A DNA stretch of 53,553 nucleotides from Candidatus Woesearchaeota archaeon (GCA_964604105.1 CAZRXO010000001.1:1-53553), one strand, 5' to 3'; positions 18,633 to 27,487 are shown, counted from the first letter of the stretch. Numbers and translations: made by a program. Notes: a model not told the origin generated them from the letters alone.

Positions 18633-19591
18633 AACCAATAACAATCAAAGAAATAAAAGAGGCAATAAAGGATTATAATCTTGGAGAATTAATTTCAATA
18701 AAAAAGTTAAAAAGACGACTAGAAGATCTCCAACCCTCATTTATTCTAAAAACAACAAAGGGCAAATATTTTCTAAAACAATATTGGGAAATAAACGAGA
18801 ATATAGAAAAGGGCGTTGAATTTAATTTATTCTTACAACAAAAAAAATATCCTTGCAATAAAATTATTCTAGATAAGAACAAAAAGCTAATAACAAAATA
18901 CCAAAAATACAATTTTTCTATATTTGAATTCATGTCATATAAAGAAAAATATAATCTAACCAAAAAAGAAATATACGAATATGGAAAAGGACTTGCAAGA
19001 TTACATTCCTTTTCTAAGAATATGAAAAACCTAAAAGAAAACCACTCACCTAAAGATTATTATAATGAATTCAAAAAAGGATTAATTTTAACAAAAAAAG
19101 CTCCAAGAAAGATAAAAGAAACATATAAAAAAATAAGTCTAGAATATGAAAAATCTGTGAATAAAATTAGGGAACTCCCGAGGGGAATTTGTCATGTAGA
19201 ATACACCCCTCAACATACAAGATATTCTAAAGGAAAATTAACAGCAGTAATTGATTGGGATTTAATTAGTAAAGGATATTTTCTCTATGATATTGGAACT
19301 GCAGTAAGTGTTTATGCTAAATATAATAAAATAGAGTTTGATAAAATTAAAACATTTCTCAATGGATATGAAAGTATTAGGAAATTAACCCCGAAGGAAA
19401 AATCCCTATTATTTGAAGCAATAGAATTAGGCTTGTTCAAGTTTATAACATGGGGATTAGATAAAGAAGAAGTTAAAAAAAGTGGGTGGGTGGGTGTAAA
19501 GCAAGCAAATTATTTAATTGATTTTGGAAAAGACAAATTTTTAGAAAGTCCATATGGAAGATATGCTTATATAATAACTGCAAAAAAATAA
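18629..19591 (+). CDS. APH/homoserine-kinase-II-fold phosphotransferase paralogue with a degenerate catalytic loop
   Basis: The fold-wide pattern matches its paralogues at 41186 and 48470. The catalytic loop reads HVEYTPQH instead of H-x-D-x4-N. IDWD is retained. Confidence 0.65.
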   Translation: MKPITIKEIKEAIKDYNLGELISIKKLKRRLEDLQPSFILKTTKGKYFLKQYWEINENIEKGVEFNLFLQQKKYPCNKIILDKNKKLITKYQKYNFSIFEFMSYKEKYNLTKKEIYEYGKGLARLHSFSKNMKNLKENHSPKDYYNEFKKGLILTKKAPRKIKETYKKISLEYEKSVNKIRELPRGICHVEYTPQHTRYSKGKLTAVIDWDLISKGYFLYDIGTAVSVYAKYNKIEFDKIKTFLNGYESIRKLTPKEKSLLFEAIELGLFKFITWGLDKEEVKKSGWVGVKQANYLIDFGKDKFLESPYGRYAYIITAKK

Positions 19592-19592
19592 A

Positions 19593-20009
19593 ATGATATA
19601 CACAAATTCAGACGGAGGTTCAAGAGGAAATCCTGGCCCAGGAGCAATAGGAGTTGTAATTAGAAAAGACGGAGAAATTCTAAAAAAAGACAGTCAATTC
19701 ATTGGAGAACAAGTCACAAATAATGTCGCAGAATATCATGCACTCATCCGCGCACTTGAACTCGCATCAGAATTCACAAATAAAGAAATCACCTGTTTAA
19801 TTGATTCTGAACTTGTAGTAAAACAACTCCTCGGAGAATACAGAGTCATCCACCCAAATATGAAAGAACTTTTTGTCAAAGTTCAAAAACTTCAAGAAAA
19901 CTTTGAAAAAGTAATTTACCTCCACATCACACGAAACGACAGATTTCAACAAATTGCCGACGAATTAGTTAATGAGGAATTGAATAAATTAGGATATCGA
20001 AAGAGATAA
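19593..20009 (+). CDS. rnhA: Type 1 RNase H (archaeal RNase HI)
   Basis: DGGSRGNPGPGAIG...TNNVAEYHALIRALELA...DSELVVKQLLGEYRV matches archaeal RNase HI. Confidence 0.85.
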   Translation: MIYTNSDGGSRGNPGPGAIGVVIRKDGEILKKDSQFIGEQVTNNVAEYHALIRALELASEFTNKEITCLIDSELVVKQLLGEYRVIHPNMKELFVKVQKLQENFEKVIYLHITRNDRFQQIADELVNEELNKLGYRKR

Positions 20010-20039
20010 TAATATAAATTAAAATTCCCTAAATAAAAC

Positions 20040-21524
20040 ATGGAAATCCCTAAAGGTCGTGAAGCCCAAATCATCAATGAAAGATTAAGAAAATTAAAAG
20101 AATTGCAAAAAGCAAAAATTAATCCTTACCCCGCACAATCCGATAAAAAACAATCTACCCAAGAATGTTTGAAATCAAAAATAGGAACAAAAGTTTCAAC
20201 AGCAGGTCGTGTAATGACTCAAAGAGATTTAGGAAAAATAGCATTTGCAAAACTTAAAGATCAATCAGGAGAAATACAAATAGTTCTACAAAAAGAAAAA
20301 ACCCCAGAAAAAATATTTAAACTATTTAAAAAATATGTTGATACTGGAGACTTTATTCAAGTAGAAGGAAAAACAATAAAAACAAAAACAGGGGAAACCT
20401 CAATTCTAGTTAGTGAATTAAAACTCTTGACAAAATCTATTTATCCTCTTCCAGATAAACATGCAGGATTAAAAAACGACGAAGAAAGATTAAGAAAAAG
20501 ATATTTAGATATTTTAATGAATGATGAAGTAAAAGAAATGTTTGAAAAAAAAGCAAAATTCTGGAACACAATGCGAGAATTCCTTTTATCAAAAGGGTTC
20601 ATGGAAGTAGAAACTCCTGTTTTAGAAAGCTCTGCAGGAGGTGCATCAGCTGAACCTTTTGCAACACACCAAAATGCTCTTGATACAGATGTTTTTTTAA
20701 GAATCTCTATGGGGGAATTATGGCAAAAAAAATTAATGGTTGCTGGCTATGATAAAACATTTGAGATAGGACGACAATTCAGAAATGAAGGAATGGATAT
20801 GGAACACTTACAAGACTATACTCAAATGGAATTCTATTGGGCATATTCAGATTACAAAAAAGGCATGAAGCTCGTGGAAGAAATGTATAAAAAAGTTGCA
20901 AAAGAAGTTTTCGGAACTTTAGAGTTTGAAAGAGACAAACACAAAATAAACCTCGGAAAAAAATGGGAAATATATGATTATGAAACAGAAATAAAAAAAC
21001 ACACCAAAATAAATATTTACAAAGCAACAGAAAAAGAAATAAAAAAGAAACTAGATGAATTAAAAATTGAATATGACCCAAGAGTAGATAAGTGGAGATT
21101 AGTAGATATTCTCTGGAAATATTGTAGAAAAAAACTTTCAGGTCCGGGATTTTTAACAGGCCAACCTGTAGAAGTTGCACCCTTAGCAAAAAGAATGCCT
21201 GAAGACCCACGGAAAGTTGAACAAATTCAAATTATACTTGGGGGTTCAGAAGTTGGAAATGGCTACTCTGAATTAAACGACCCAATAGACCAAGAACAAA
21301 GATTCAAAGATCAAATGAAACTTAAAGAATCTGGTGACCAGGAAGCAATGGACCACGACACATCATTTATTGAAGCATTAAAATATGGGATGCCCCCAAC
21401 ATTTGGCTTTGGAGTTTCAGAAAGATTGTTCTCTTTTTTAATGGGTAAACCAATTCGAGAATGCGTTATTTTCCCGTTGATGAAACCTGAACATATAGAA
21501 AATAAAACAAAAAAGAAAAAATGA
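20040..21524 (+). CDS. lysS: Lysyl-tRNA synthetase, class II
   Basis: FMEVETPVL...GGASAEPF, FEIGRQFRNEGMDMEHLQDYTQMEFYWAY (class II motif 2 region), and an N-terminal OB anticodon-binding domain. Confidence 0.9.
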   Translation: MEIPKGREAQIINERLRKLKELQKAKINPYPAQSDKKQSTQECLKSKIGTKVSTAGRVMTQRDLGKIAFAKLKDQSGEIQIVLQKEKTPEKIFKLFKKYVDTGDFIQVEGKTIKTKTGETSILVSELKLLTKSIYPLPDKHAGLKNDEERLRKRYLDILMNDEVKEMFEKKAKFWNTMREFLLSKGFMEVETPVLESSAGGASAEPFATHQNALDTDVFLRISMGELWQKKLMVAGYDKTFEIGRQFRNEGMDMEHLQDYTQMEFYWAYSDYKKGMKLVEEMYKKVAKEVFGTLEFERDKHKINLGKKWEIYDYETEIKKHTKINIYKATEKEIKKKLDELKIEYDPRVDKWRLVDILWKYCRKKLSGPGFLTGQPVEVAPLAKRMPEDPRKVEQIQIILGGSEVGNGYSELNDPIDQEQRFKDQMKLKESGDQEAMDHDTSFIEALKYGMPPTFGFGVSERLFSFLMGKPIRECVIFPLMKPEHIENKTKKKK

Positions 21525-21715
21525 CAAAGAGATTAAGTTCAAAATTTATTGGAGCTAAAAAAGGAGCTGTAAGAGTAAAAGGAATTATGAGTGATCCAAA
21601 TAAATTATTAGAAATAGAATGGAGATTAATACAAGATACCCCAGATAAATTTAGAGAATATGATTTAGCAAGATATAGCACTAATGTTAAATCACAATAT
21701 ACTATCTTAGATTAA
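21521..21715 (+). CDS. Hypothetical small protein
   Basis: 64 aa. ATGA overlap with the lysS stop. Confidence 0.4.
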   Translation: MTKRLSSKFIGAKKGAVRVKGIMSDPNKLLEIEWRLIQDTPDKFREYDLARYSTNVKSQYTILD

Positions 21716-21716
21716 A

Positions 21717-21908
21717 ATGACAAACCTAATAATAAAATCAAATGTAAAAAAGAAAATAAGTGAATTACAAAAAGATAATATTGAAATCTCAAGTGTTGCA
21801 GAGGAAGTTGAACGAGAACTCGAACACAAAGTAGAAGATATATTAATTGAAGCAATTAAAAGGGCAAAAGATAATCATCGACGAACATTGCATGCGAGAG
21901 ATTTATGA
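21717..21908 (+). CDS. Small helical protein, possibly histone-fold (DUF1931-like)
   Basis: 63 aa. ...EDILIEAIKRAKDNHRRTLHARDL resembles the terminal helix of histone-fold proteins. Weak call. Confidence 0.3.
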   Translation: MTNLIIKSNVKKKISELQKDNIEISSVAEEVERELEHKVEDILIEAIKRAKDNHRRTLHARDL

Positions 21909-21933
21909 CAAACTAAGAATACAATTCATAAAC

Positions 21934-22015
21934 CTAATCACCCCGATGTCTCAGCCGAAAGGCCAGTCCATTAGTTAATTAGTATCATCCCGAGCGACAG
22001 CGAGCATTTTTTATA
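21934..22015 (+). repeat. Conserved intergenic module ending in AGCGAGCA box plus TATA (promoter of 22037)
   Basis: CTAATCACCCCGAtgtCTCAGCCGAAAGGCCAGtcCATTagTTAATTA...CGAGCGACAGCGAGCATTTTTTATA. The TATA ends 21 nt before ATG 22037. Confidence 0.6.
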
Positions 22016-22036
22016 CTCTCCTAACTTTATCAAAAT

Positions 22037-22717
22037 ATGAAAAAAATAATCACACTCTTAATTTTCCTAACACTTTTGGTCCCAGCAATATCAGCATACA
22101 CCTATCTAAATATTTACATCGACGAAACAGGCACAGCATTATTTCTTGGAGAAACAAATGAACAAATAATTCTCCCTAATGGAATTGAAATTCAAGACCA
22201 AATAATTAAAGGAAAAACAAATTCTCTAACAAACAAGCAAGGAGAGATTTGGGAATTCAATTATGAACTCGCTGGCGCAGAAATAAATCTCATAATGCCC
22301 GAGGGCACAGTAATAAAAGAAATCTCTCAAGGAGAAATATCCTCAAATGGACACATAGAAATTTACACGCAGGAGTCAATCCAACTAAAATACACAATAG
22401 AACCAACTACAAATAAAAATTATCTATTCTATCTCCTCGGACTATTAATTATTTTCGTAGTTTTAATTTATTTCTTTAAAATAAAATCCAAAAAAGTAAA
22501 CCCCAAAAATTTAGAATCCATTAAAAAAACACTCCACAAAAGACAACAGGAAATTTTAAGTCAACTAGAAAAAACAAAAGAAATCAAACACACTCAACTT
22601 AGAAAATTAGTAAATATCCCCAAAGCAAGTTTCACTAGACACATTCAAGAACTTGAAAAAAAGGGTTTAATTAAAAGAATCGGCGACGGGAAAAATAAAC
22701 TCATCAAATTAAAATAA
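22037..22717 (+). CDS. Membrane-anchored wHTH regulator (signal peptide, extracellular domain, TM, cytoplasmic MarR-like wHTH)
   Basis: N-terminal MKKIITLLIFLTLLVPAISA, a TM segment LFYLLGLLIIFVVLIYFF, and C-terminal HTQLRKLVNIPKASFTRHIQELEKKGLIKR. Confidence 0.7.
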   Translation: MKKIITLLIFLTLLVPAISAYTYLNIYIDETGTALFLGETNEQIILPNGIEIQDQIIKGKTNSLTNKQGEIWEFNYELAGAEINLIMPEGTVIKEISQGEISSNGHIEIYTQESIQLKYTIEPTTNKNYLFYLLGLLIIFVVLIYFFKIKSKKVNPKNLESIKKTLHKRQQEILSQLEKTKEIKHTQLRKLVNIPKASFTRHIQELEKKGLIKRIGDGKNKLIKLK

Positions 22718-22745
22718 GTTCCAAAAAATGTTCCGCTTAAGTTCC
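22718..22745 (+). promoter_or_regulatory. Three phased GTTCC direct repeats (candidate operator)
   Basis: GTTCC at 22718, 22730 and 22741 (12- and 11-nt phasing). They lie between the wHTH gene and the secreted-protein gene. Confidence 0.3.
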
Positions 22746-22841
22746 ACCTGACTTTATTAAAGAATTAATTCTATTAAATATTATGAAAAACAAAACCAAA
22801 CCTCGTTTGGAATTACATAGAATTACAAGGAGGTATAAAAA

Positions 22842-23723
22842 ATGAAAACAACATATTTAATGGTAGGACTTTTAATGTGTAGTCTTTTTGCAACATCTTT
22901 TGTAATGGCAGAAACCGTAACACAAGCAGTTGAAGTTGAAGATTTGGAAGTGCAATATTTCAATGGAGATGAAATAACAGAATCTCTTGAAAATATAGAC
23001 GAATTCGCACAACAAAACCAATTCAGAAAAGTTGGTTTTTCAAAAATTTCAAAAGGACATGGCTGGCTCACAAATGGCGAAGAAGGTTATCTCTTTGGAG
23101 GATTTTGGGCTACACAAGTTCTAGCTTCAATTAACGAAGGAACTCAAAATATTGAAAACCCAAAAGCAAGAGCATTTGGAGGACTAAACATCGGAAGCTT
23201 AGGAGATTTCAGACTCTTCAAAGACTTTGATACTTCAACAGAAGACACAGTAAGTTTCTATGTATTAGAAAGAAAAGAACAAGTTTCAAGTATAGAGAAT
23301 ATCGAATCTCTAACAATTGGAAAATTAATTCTTAATAAAGAAACAGAATTTAGTGACTTCACAAAATGGACCGGTTCTCTTGAACTAACTTCAGGAGATT
23401 TTGAAGGTGAATGGGATGTTGAAGTTGGAACTCATACAAATATTGTAAAACCAGTTCCAGGTTTAATAGAAGGACGAAAAGCTGGTTTTTGGAATAAAGT
23501 AAAGTTCTGGAAAAATTGGGGAAGTAACAGACAACAAATACTTTGTGAAGGAGAAAATTGTGAAAATCTTAAAGGAATGAACAAAGAAGAAATACAACAA
23601 GCAATGGAAGAAAAAAGAGCCCAATGTCAAGAACCAGGCAGTTGTCCTGAAATAGAAGCAAAAGGTAAGAAATTTCAACTTGGAAAAGCCGACGTGGAAA
23701 TAGAACAAGAATCCACAGAGTAA
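22842..23723 (+). CDS. Secreted protein, unknown function
   Basis: Signal-peptide-like N-terminus (MKTTYLMVGLLMCSLFATSFVMA). AGGAGG lies 8 nt upstream. Cys-containing acidic C-terminus. Confidence 0.6.
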   Translation: MKTTYLMVGLLMCSLFATSFVMAETVTQAVEVEDLEVQYFNGDEITESLENIDEFAQQNQFRKVGFSKISKGHGWLTNGEEGYLFGGFWATQVLASINEGTQNIENPKARAFGGLNIGSLGDFRLFKDFDTSTEDTVSFYVLERKEQVSSIENIESLTIGKLILNKETEFSDFTKWTGSLELTSGDFEGEWDVEVGTHTNIVKPVPGLIEGRKAGFWNKVKFWKNWGSNRQQILCEGENCENLKGMNKEEIQQAMEEKRAQCQEPGSCPEIEAKGKKFQLGKADVEIEQESTE

Positions 23724-23753
23724 AATATTTTTTATTTTTTATTCTTTTTTATT

Positions 23754-25001
23754 TTATTCATATCTCAATGCATCAACAGGATTCAATTTTGAAGCCCTAT
23801 AAGCTGGAATCGCTCCTGCAATCATTCCAACAAGAATAGAAAATAATAAAGCACCTATCAACAGCGACGGACTTAAAGCAGTATTTCCAAACATATTTAT
23901 CATGCCCCCTCCAGAACCAGAACTCAAAGCACTAATAAAACTTGAACCAATCGCACCTAAAATAATTCCTCCAATTCCTCCAACTAAACCAATTAAACCA
24001 GCATTAAATAAAAAAACAATAAGTATATCTTTATTTCTTGCACCAATAGATTTCATAATCCCTATCTCTTTTGTCTTTTCCAAAACAGAAGTAAATAAAG
24101 TATTAGCAATTCCAATCCCTCCAACTAAAAGAGAAATAGCAGCTATTGCACCCAGGAATAAAGCTAAGGTATTCATTGTTTCGGAGATAGTCTCCTGCAT
24201 AGCCTGCATAGACGAAACAGAAAAATCCTTATCTTTTTCCTGAAGAATACCTCGTGACCTCAGAAGTTTCTCCTCAATCAAATCCGTTGTCTCTTGAGCA
24301 GTCTCCACATTCTCCACCTTAACAGTTATTGAACTAAACTCTTTATCTCCAACATCTTCAAGAATATCCCTAGCAACATCAATCGGCATATAAACAGAAT
24401 TTTCATCCCCCAAAATTCCAACAACACGAAAAATTCTCCCATTGATTGTAACTGTTCTACTTAACTGAATTTCATCATCAAAACTCTCTGCAACCCTATC
24501 TCCAATAACAATTGAATTTGAATCTCCTGTAGAAAGATATCTCCCCTCAACTAAATCAGCAGTAATAATTTTATCCCAGACAAGGGTATCTACACCCTCA
24601 ATTGAAACATCTTTTGTCTTACTTGAAAAACTAAGTTCCTCTTTCCCTGAAACAGTTCCCATCACATACTTTACATTAGAAACTCCATTAATAATAACTA
24701 CATCCTTTGAAGTTAAATTTTTTTGCTCCGAAGAACTTTCTCCGCCAAATCCTGGGGGGCCACCTCCCCTGAACTCTCCTCCAACACCCATTGCTCTTGA
24801 AGCTCCAGGGGAAATAGTAATTAAATCCGCACCAAGCCCACCCATTTGTTCTTCTAATTGCTGTTGAGCTCCTTGACTTATTGAAACAATTGCCACAACA
24901 GAACCAATTCCAATTATAATCCCAATTATAGTTAACCAACTTCGTAGTTTACTATGAACCAGAATATTTAATGCCAGCTCAAGGGATTTTCTTAATCTCA
25001 T
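23754..25001 (-). CDS. ABC transporter permease, MacB/FtsX family
   Basis: N-terminal TM, ~230-aa extracytoplasmic domain, and a C-terminal FtsX-type 3-TM bundle (KEIGIMKSIGARNKDIL...). Confidence 0.85.
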   Translation of the reverse strand: MRLRKSLELALNILVHSKLRSWLTIIGIIIGIGSVVAIVSISQGAQQQLEEQMGGLGADLITISPGASRAMGVGGEFRGGGPPGFGGESSSEQKNLTSKDVVIINGVSNVKYVMGTVSGKEELSFSSKTKDVSIEGVDTLVWDKIITADLVEGRYLSTGDSNSIVIGDRVAESFDDEIQLSRTVTINGRIFRVVGILGDENSVYMPIDVARDILEDVGDKEFSSITVKVENVETAQETTDLIEEKLLRSRGILQEKDKDFSVSSMQAMQETISETMNTLALFLGAIAAISLLVGGIGIANTLFTSVLEKTKEIGIMKSIGARNKDILIVFLFNAGLIGLVGGIGGIILGAIGSSFISALSSGSGGGMINMFGNTALSPSLLIGALLFSILVGMIAGAIPAYRASKLNPVDALRYE

Positions 25002-25015
25002 TTTAAATAAAAAAA

Positions 25016-26062
25016 TTATTTCTTACTCCTAGAAGATTTCTTTGTTTCAATTACCCAATCAGGGACATTTTCTTTTTTCTTTCTTAAATCTTTTTTCCTT
25101 TGAATAAACTCTAAAATTCTTATTTTATACTTCCCCCACAGAAAAAATCCTACAATTAAAACTACAATTAATACAATCCAAAATACCCAATTTTTATACC
25201 ACGCAGAAGATTGTTGTCTTGCACCCATCTTACTTGCAAGAGGATTTGCACCTTCACTCATGGTCATAAAAGATTCAAAATCAAATTCCACTTCCATCTC
25301 CTTGGTTCTTCTTTCTCCAATAGCGTCGGTATAATCAATTTGAATTGTTAATTTTGTCTTCTCTGGACTTGAAGTTTTTTCCCCCTCTGTTCTTTGCAAT
25401 GAACCTCCTTGAGTTGGTCTTTGAGAAATACTAAAGCTTACAATAGTATAATCTCCATTTTCCAAATTACCAACCATTTGCCCATTAGTTCCAATTGCCT
25501 TAACCCCTTCTTGTTCAGGGACTTTCACAATAACTGAATTAGCAGTATACTTTCCAACATTAGCTATTGCAATTGAAATATCTGTTCCACTTATATCTTG
25601 AACAACTGCATCAAAATCTGTTCTTGAATCCTCGATGGGAATCACAAAAGTTTCCATAATATGAGAAGAACTAATTGCCCCCGCTTTTTGAAAATTATAT
25701 TGAACTTTTAATTCCATATCTCCTGATAAAGCAGCTTCATTTACAAGAAAAGTAAACGGAATCATCCAGTCATTTTTATATTCATAAACATATGTTGAAC
25801 TCTTAAGAGTTTTAACTGAAACTTGACCTTCCTTTAATGTAAACGGATACGAAGGTAAAACTTCAAACTCAACATTTTGGCAATCGGGATTCTCCACACC
25901 ATTTACCTGAAAAACTACCTTAACATATTCTCCTGGAGAAGCAGGATAAGGTTCTTGATTAATCAAATTAATATCTAAGCTACATCCTATAGACACATCT
26001 GCAGAAATAAATGAAATTAAAAAAACTAAAGTAAAAAATACTAAAAAAAATCTTTGATTCAT
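25016..26062 (-). CDS. Secreted COG1361/CARDB-like S-layer-domain protein with a C-terminal TM anchor
   Basis: Start moved to MNQRFFLVFF... (GGAGG 6 nt upstream, ATGA overlap with the ATPase stop). NQEPYPASPGEYVKVVFQV pattern. TM near the C-terminus. Confidence 0.65.
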   Translation of the reverse strand: MNQRFFLVFFTLVFLISFISADVSIGCSLDINLINQEPYPASPGEYVKVVFQVNGVENPDCQNVEFEVLPSYPFTLKEGQVSVKTLKSSTYVYEYKNDWMIPFTFLVNEAALSGDMELKVQYNFQKAGAISSSHIMETFVIPIEDSRTDFDAVVQDISGTDISIAIANVGKYTANSVIVKVPEQEGVKAIGTNGQMVGNLENGDYTIVSFSISQRPTQGGSLQRTEGEKTSSPEKTKLTIQIDYTDAIGERRTKEMEVEFDFESFMTMSEGANPLASKMGARQQSSAWYKNWVFWIVLIVVLIVGFFLWGKYKIRILEFIQRKKDLRKKKENVPDWVIETKKSSRSKK

Positions 26063-26817
26063 TTTGCACCTCCTTTCATTGTTATCTTTAACGGTGAAAG
26101 AGAAGTTTTCTTCACTTTCAAACATTTCTGAACATCTTTCTCAATTTCTCCATCAAGAATATAAACAACTCGTTTAACATACCTTACTAAATCTAAATCA
26201 TGTGTAATTAAAATAATGGTCTTCCCCTCTTCCTCATTCATCTTTCTCAAAAAATCCATAATAAACCCTCCTGTTTTAGAATCAAGATTTCCTGTAGGTT
26301 CGTCTGCAAGAATTATCTCTGGATTATTTGCAAGTGAACGCGCAATTGCAACTCTCTGCTGTTGCCCCCCACTTAATTCATTAGGTTTGTGATACATTCT
26401 TTCTCCAAGATTCAACATATTTAATAATTTCTCTGCCCTTGCTACAGCATATTTCTCAGGAATATTAATTAACTCCATAGGCAACATCACATTCTTCAAA
26501 GCAGTTAAAGTAGGAATTAAATTAAATTGTTGAAAAATAAAACCAATTGTTTCTCCCCTCATAAAAGCCAAATCAGATTCACCCATTTTAGAAATATCTT
26601 TTCCCTTCAAATAAATATTCCCTCTAGAAGGCATATCCAAAGCTCCAACAAGATTCATCATAGTAGATTTTCCAGAACCGCTTGGACCACTAATAGCAAT
26701 AAATTCCCCACCATAGACTTCCAGATTTATCTTTTTTAACACAGTTAAAAATCCTGCCTTACCCATATCATAACCTTTCCAAACATCATCAATTTTTATT
26801 ATAGGTTGTTGTTTCAT
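26059..26817 (-). CDS. ABC transporter ATP-binding protein (MacB/LolD type)
   Basis: Walker A GPSGSGKST, signature LSGGQQQRVAIARSL, Walker B ILADEPTGNLD. Confidence 0.9.
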   Translation of the reverse strand: MKQQPIIKIDDVWKGYDMGKAGFLTVLKKINLEVYGGEFIAISGPSGSGKSTMMNLVGALDMPSRGNIYLKGKDISKMGESDLAFMRGETIGFIFQQFNLIPTLTALKNVMLPMELINIPEKYAVARAEKLLNMLNLGERMYHKPNELSGGQQQRVAIARSLANNPEIILADEPTGNLDSKTGGFIMDFLRKMNEEEGKTIILITHDLDLVRYVKRVVYILDGEIEKDVQKCLKVKKTSLSPLKITMKGGAK

Positions 26818-27182
26818 TTTATTTTTGAAAAATTAGGCATTTGCATATTTTTACAATATTCATGCTCAGGATTTACTTGCATACAATAATACTCACAATA
26901 CATTTTATTTTCTCCACAATAATTTTCTATTTCTTCATCGCTTGGATTTGAATTAAAAAATAAGATTATCTCTTCTTTAGTTGAGTCATCTATTTGAAAT
27001 CCTCCCGGAGTAAAATTTCCGGATTGTCTGTCCATATTTTCAGGATTAAAATTACCTCTTGGTTCTTGATTTTTATTATCTTTTCCAAAGGGAAATTTAT
27101 TTAAATCCGTTGTAAAATATACTATCCCACCTACAAAAATAATCCCAATAATAATTAACAAAATTATAGTTCCTTTTTTCAT
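26814..27182 (-). CDS. Membrane-anchored Cys-rich small protein
   Basis: 122 aa. N-terminal TM segment. C-terminal YCGENKMYCEYYCMQVNPEHEYC. ATGA overlap with the ATPase gene. Confidence 0.5.
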   Translation of the reverse strand: MKKGTIILLIIIGIIFVGGIVYFTTDLNKFPFGKDNKNQEPRGNFNPENMDRQSGNFTPGGFQIDDSTKEEIILFFNSNPSDEEIENYCGENKMYCEYYCMQVNPEHEYCKNMQMPNFSKIK

Positions 27183-27412
27183 TTTTTTTTAGAAATCTTT
27201 TTCTTAGCAGTCTTTTTATTTTTAGCAAGTTTCTTTAATTTAGCAACCTTATTCTTTTTGTTTCCTTTACTTGGATTTCTTCCACTTTGTTTTTTAGAAA
27301 TTTTTTTTCCAACAAGCTTTTTCTTAACTTTTTTATTTATCATTTTATTATAAGTGACTGATGAACTGAGCACGGTGAAAAAGTAACTCAAACTAATTGA
27401 ATCTGAAATCAT
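27179..27412 (-). CDS. Extremely Lys-rich small ORF (uncertain)
   Basis: 77-aa ORF; the last ~54 aa are close to half lysine. It overlaps the downstream gene by ATGA but could be a non-coding A-rich leader. Confidence 0.25.
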   Translation of the reverse strand: MISDSISLSYFFTVLSSSVTYNKMINKKVKKKLVGKKISKKQSGRNPSKGNKKNKVAKLKKLAKNKKTAKKKISKKK

Positions 27413-27487
27413 CTTCCAATTTTGTTTTAAAGTTTGTTTTTTCGCTTCACAAAATAAGCTTAATAAACATAGATTTTATTTGAAGAG

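Noticed and set aside
23902-24939. 113-aa plus-strand and 83-aa alternative-frame minus-strand ORFs inside the permease gene
   Set aside because: The MacB/FtsX permease frame is clearly the real one. These are out-of-frame or antisense products of Gly/Ile-rich codons.
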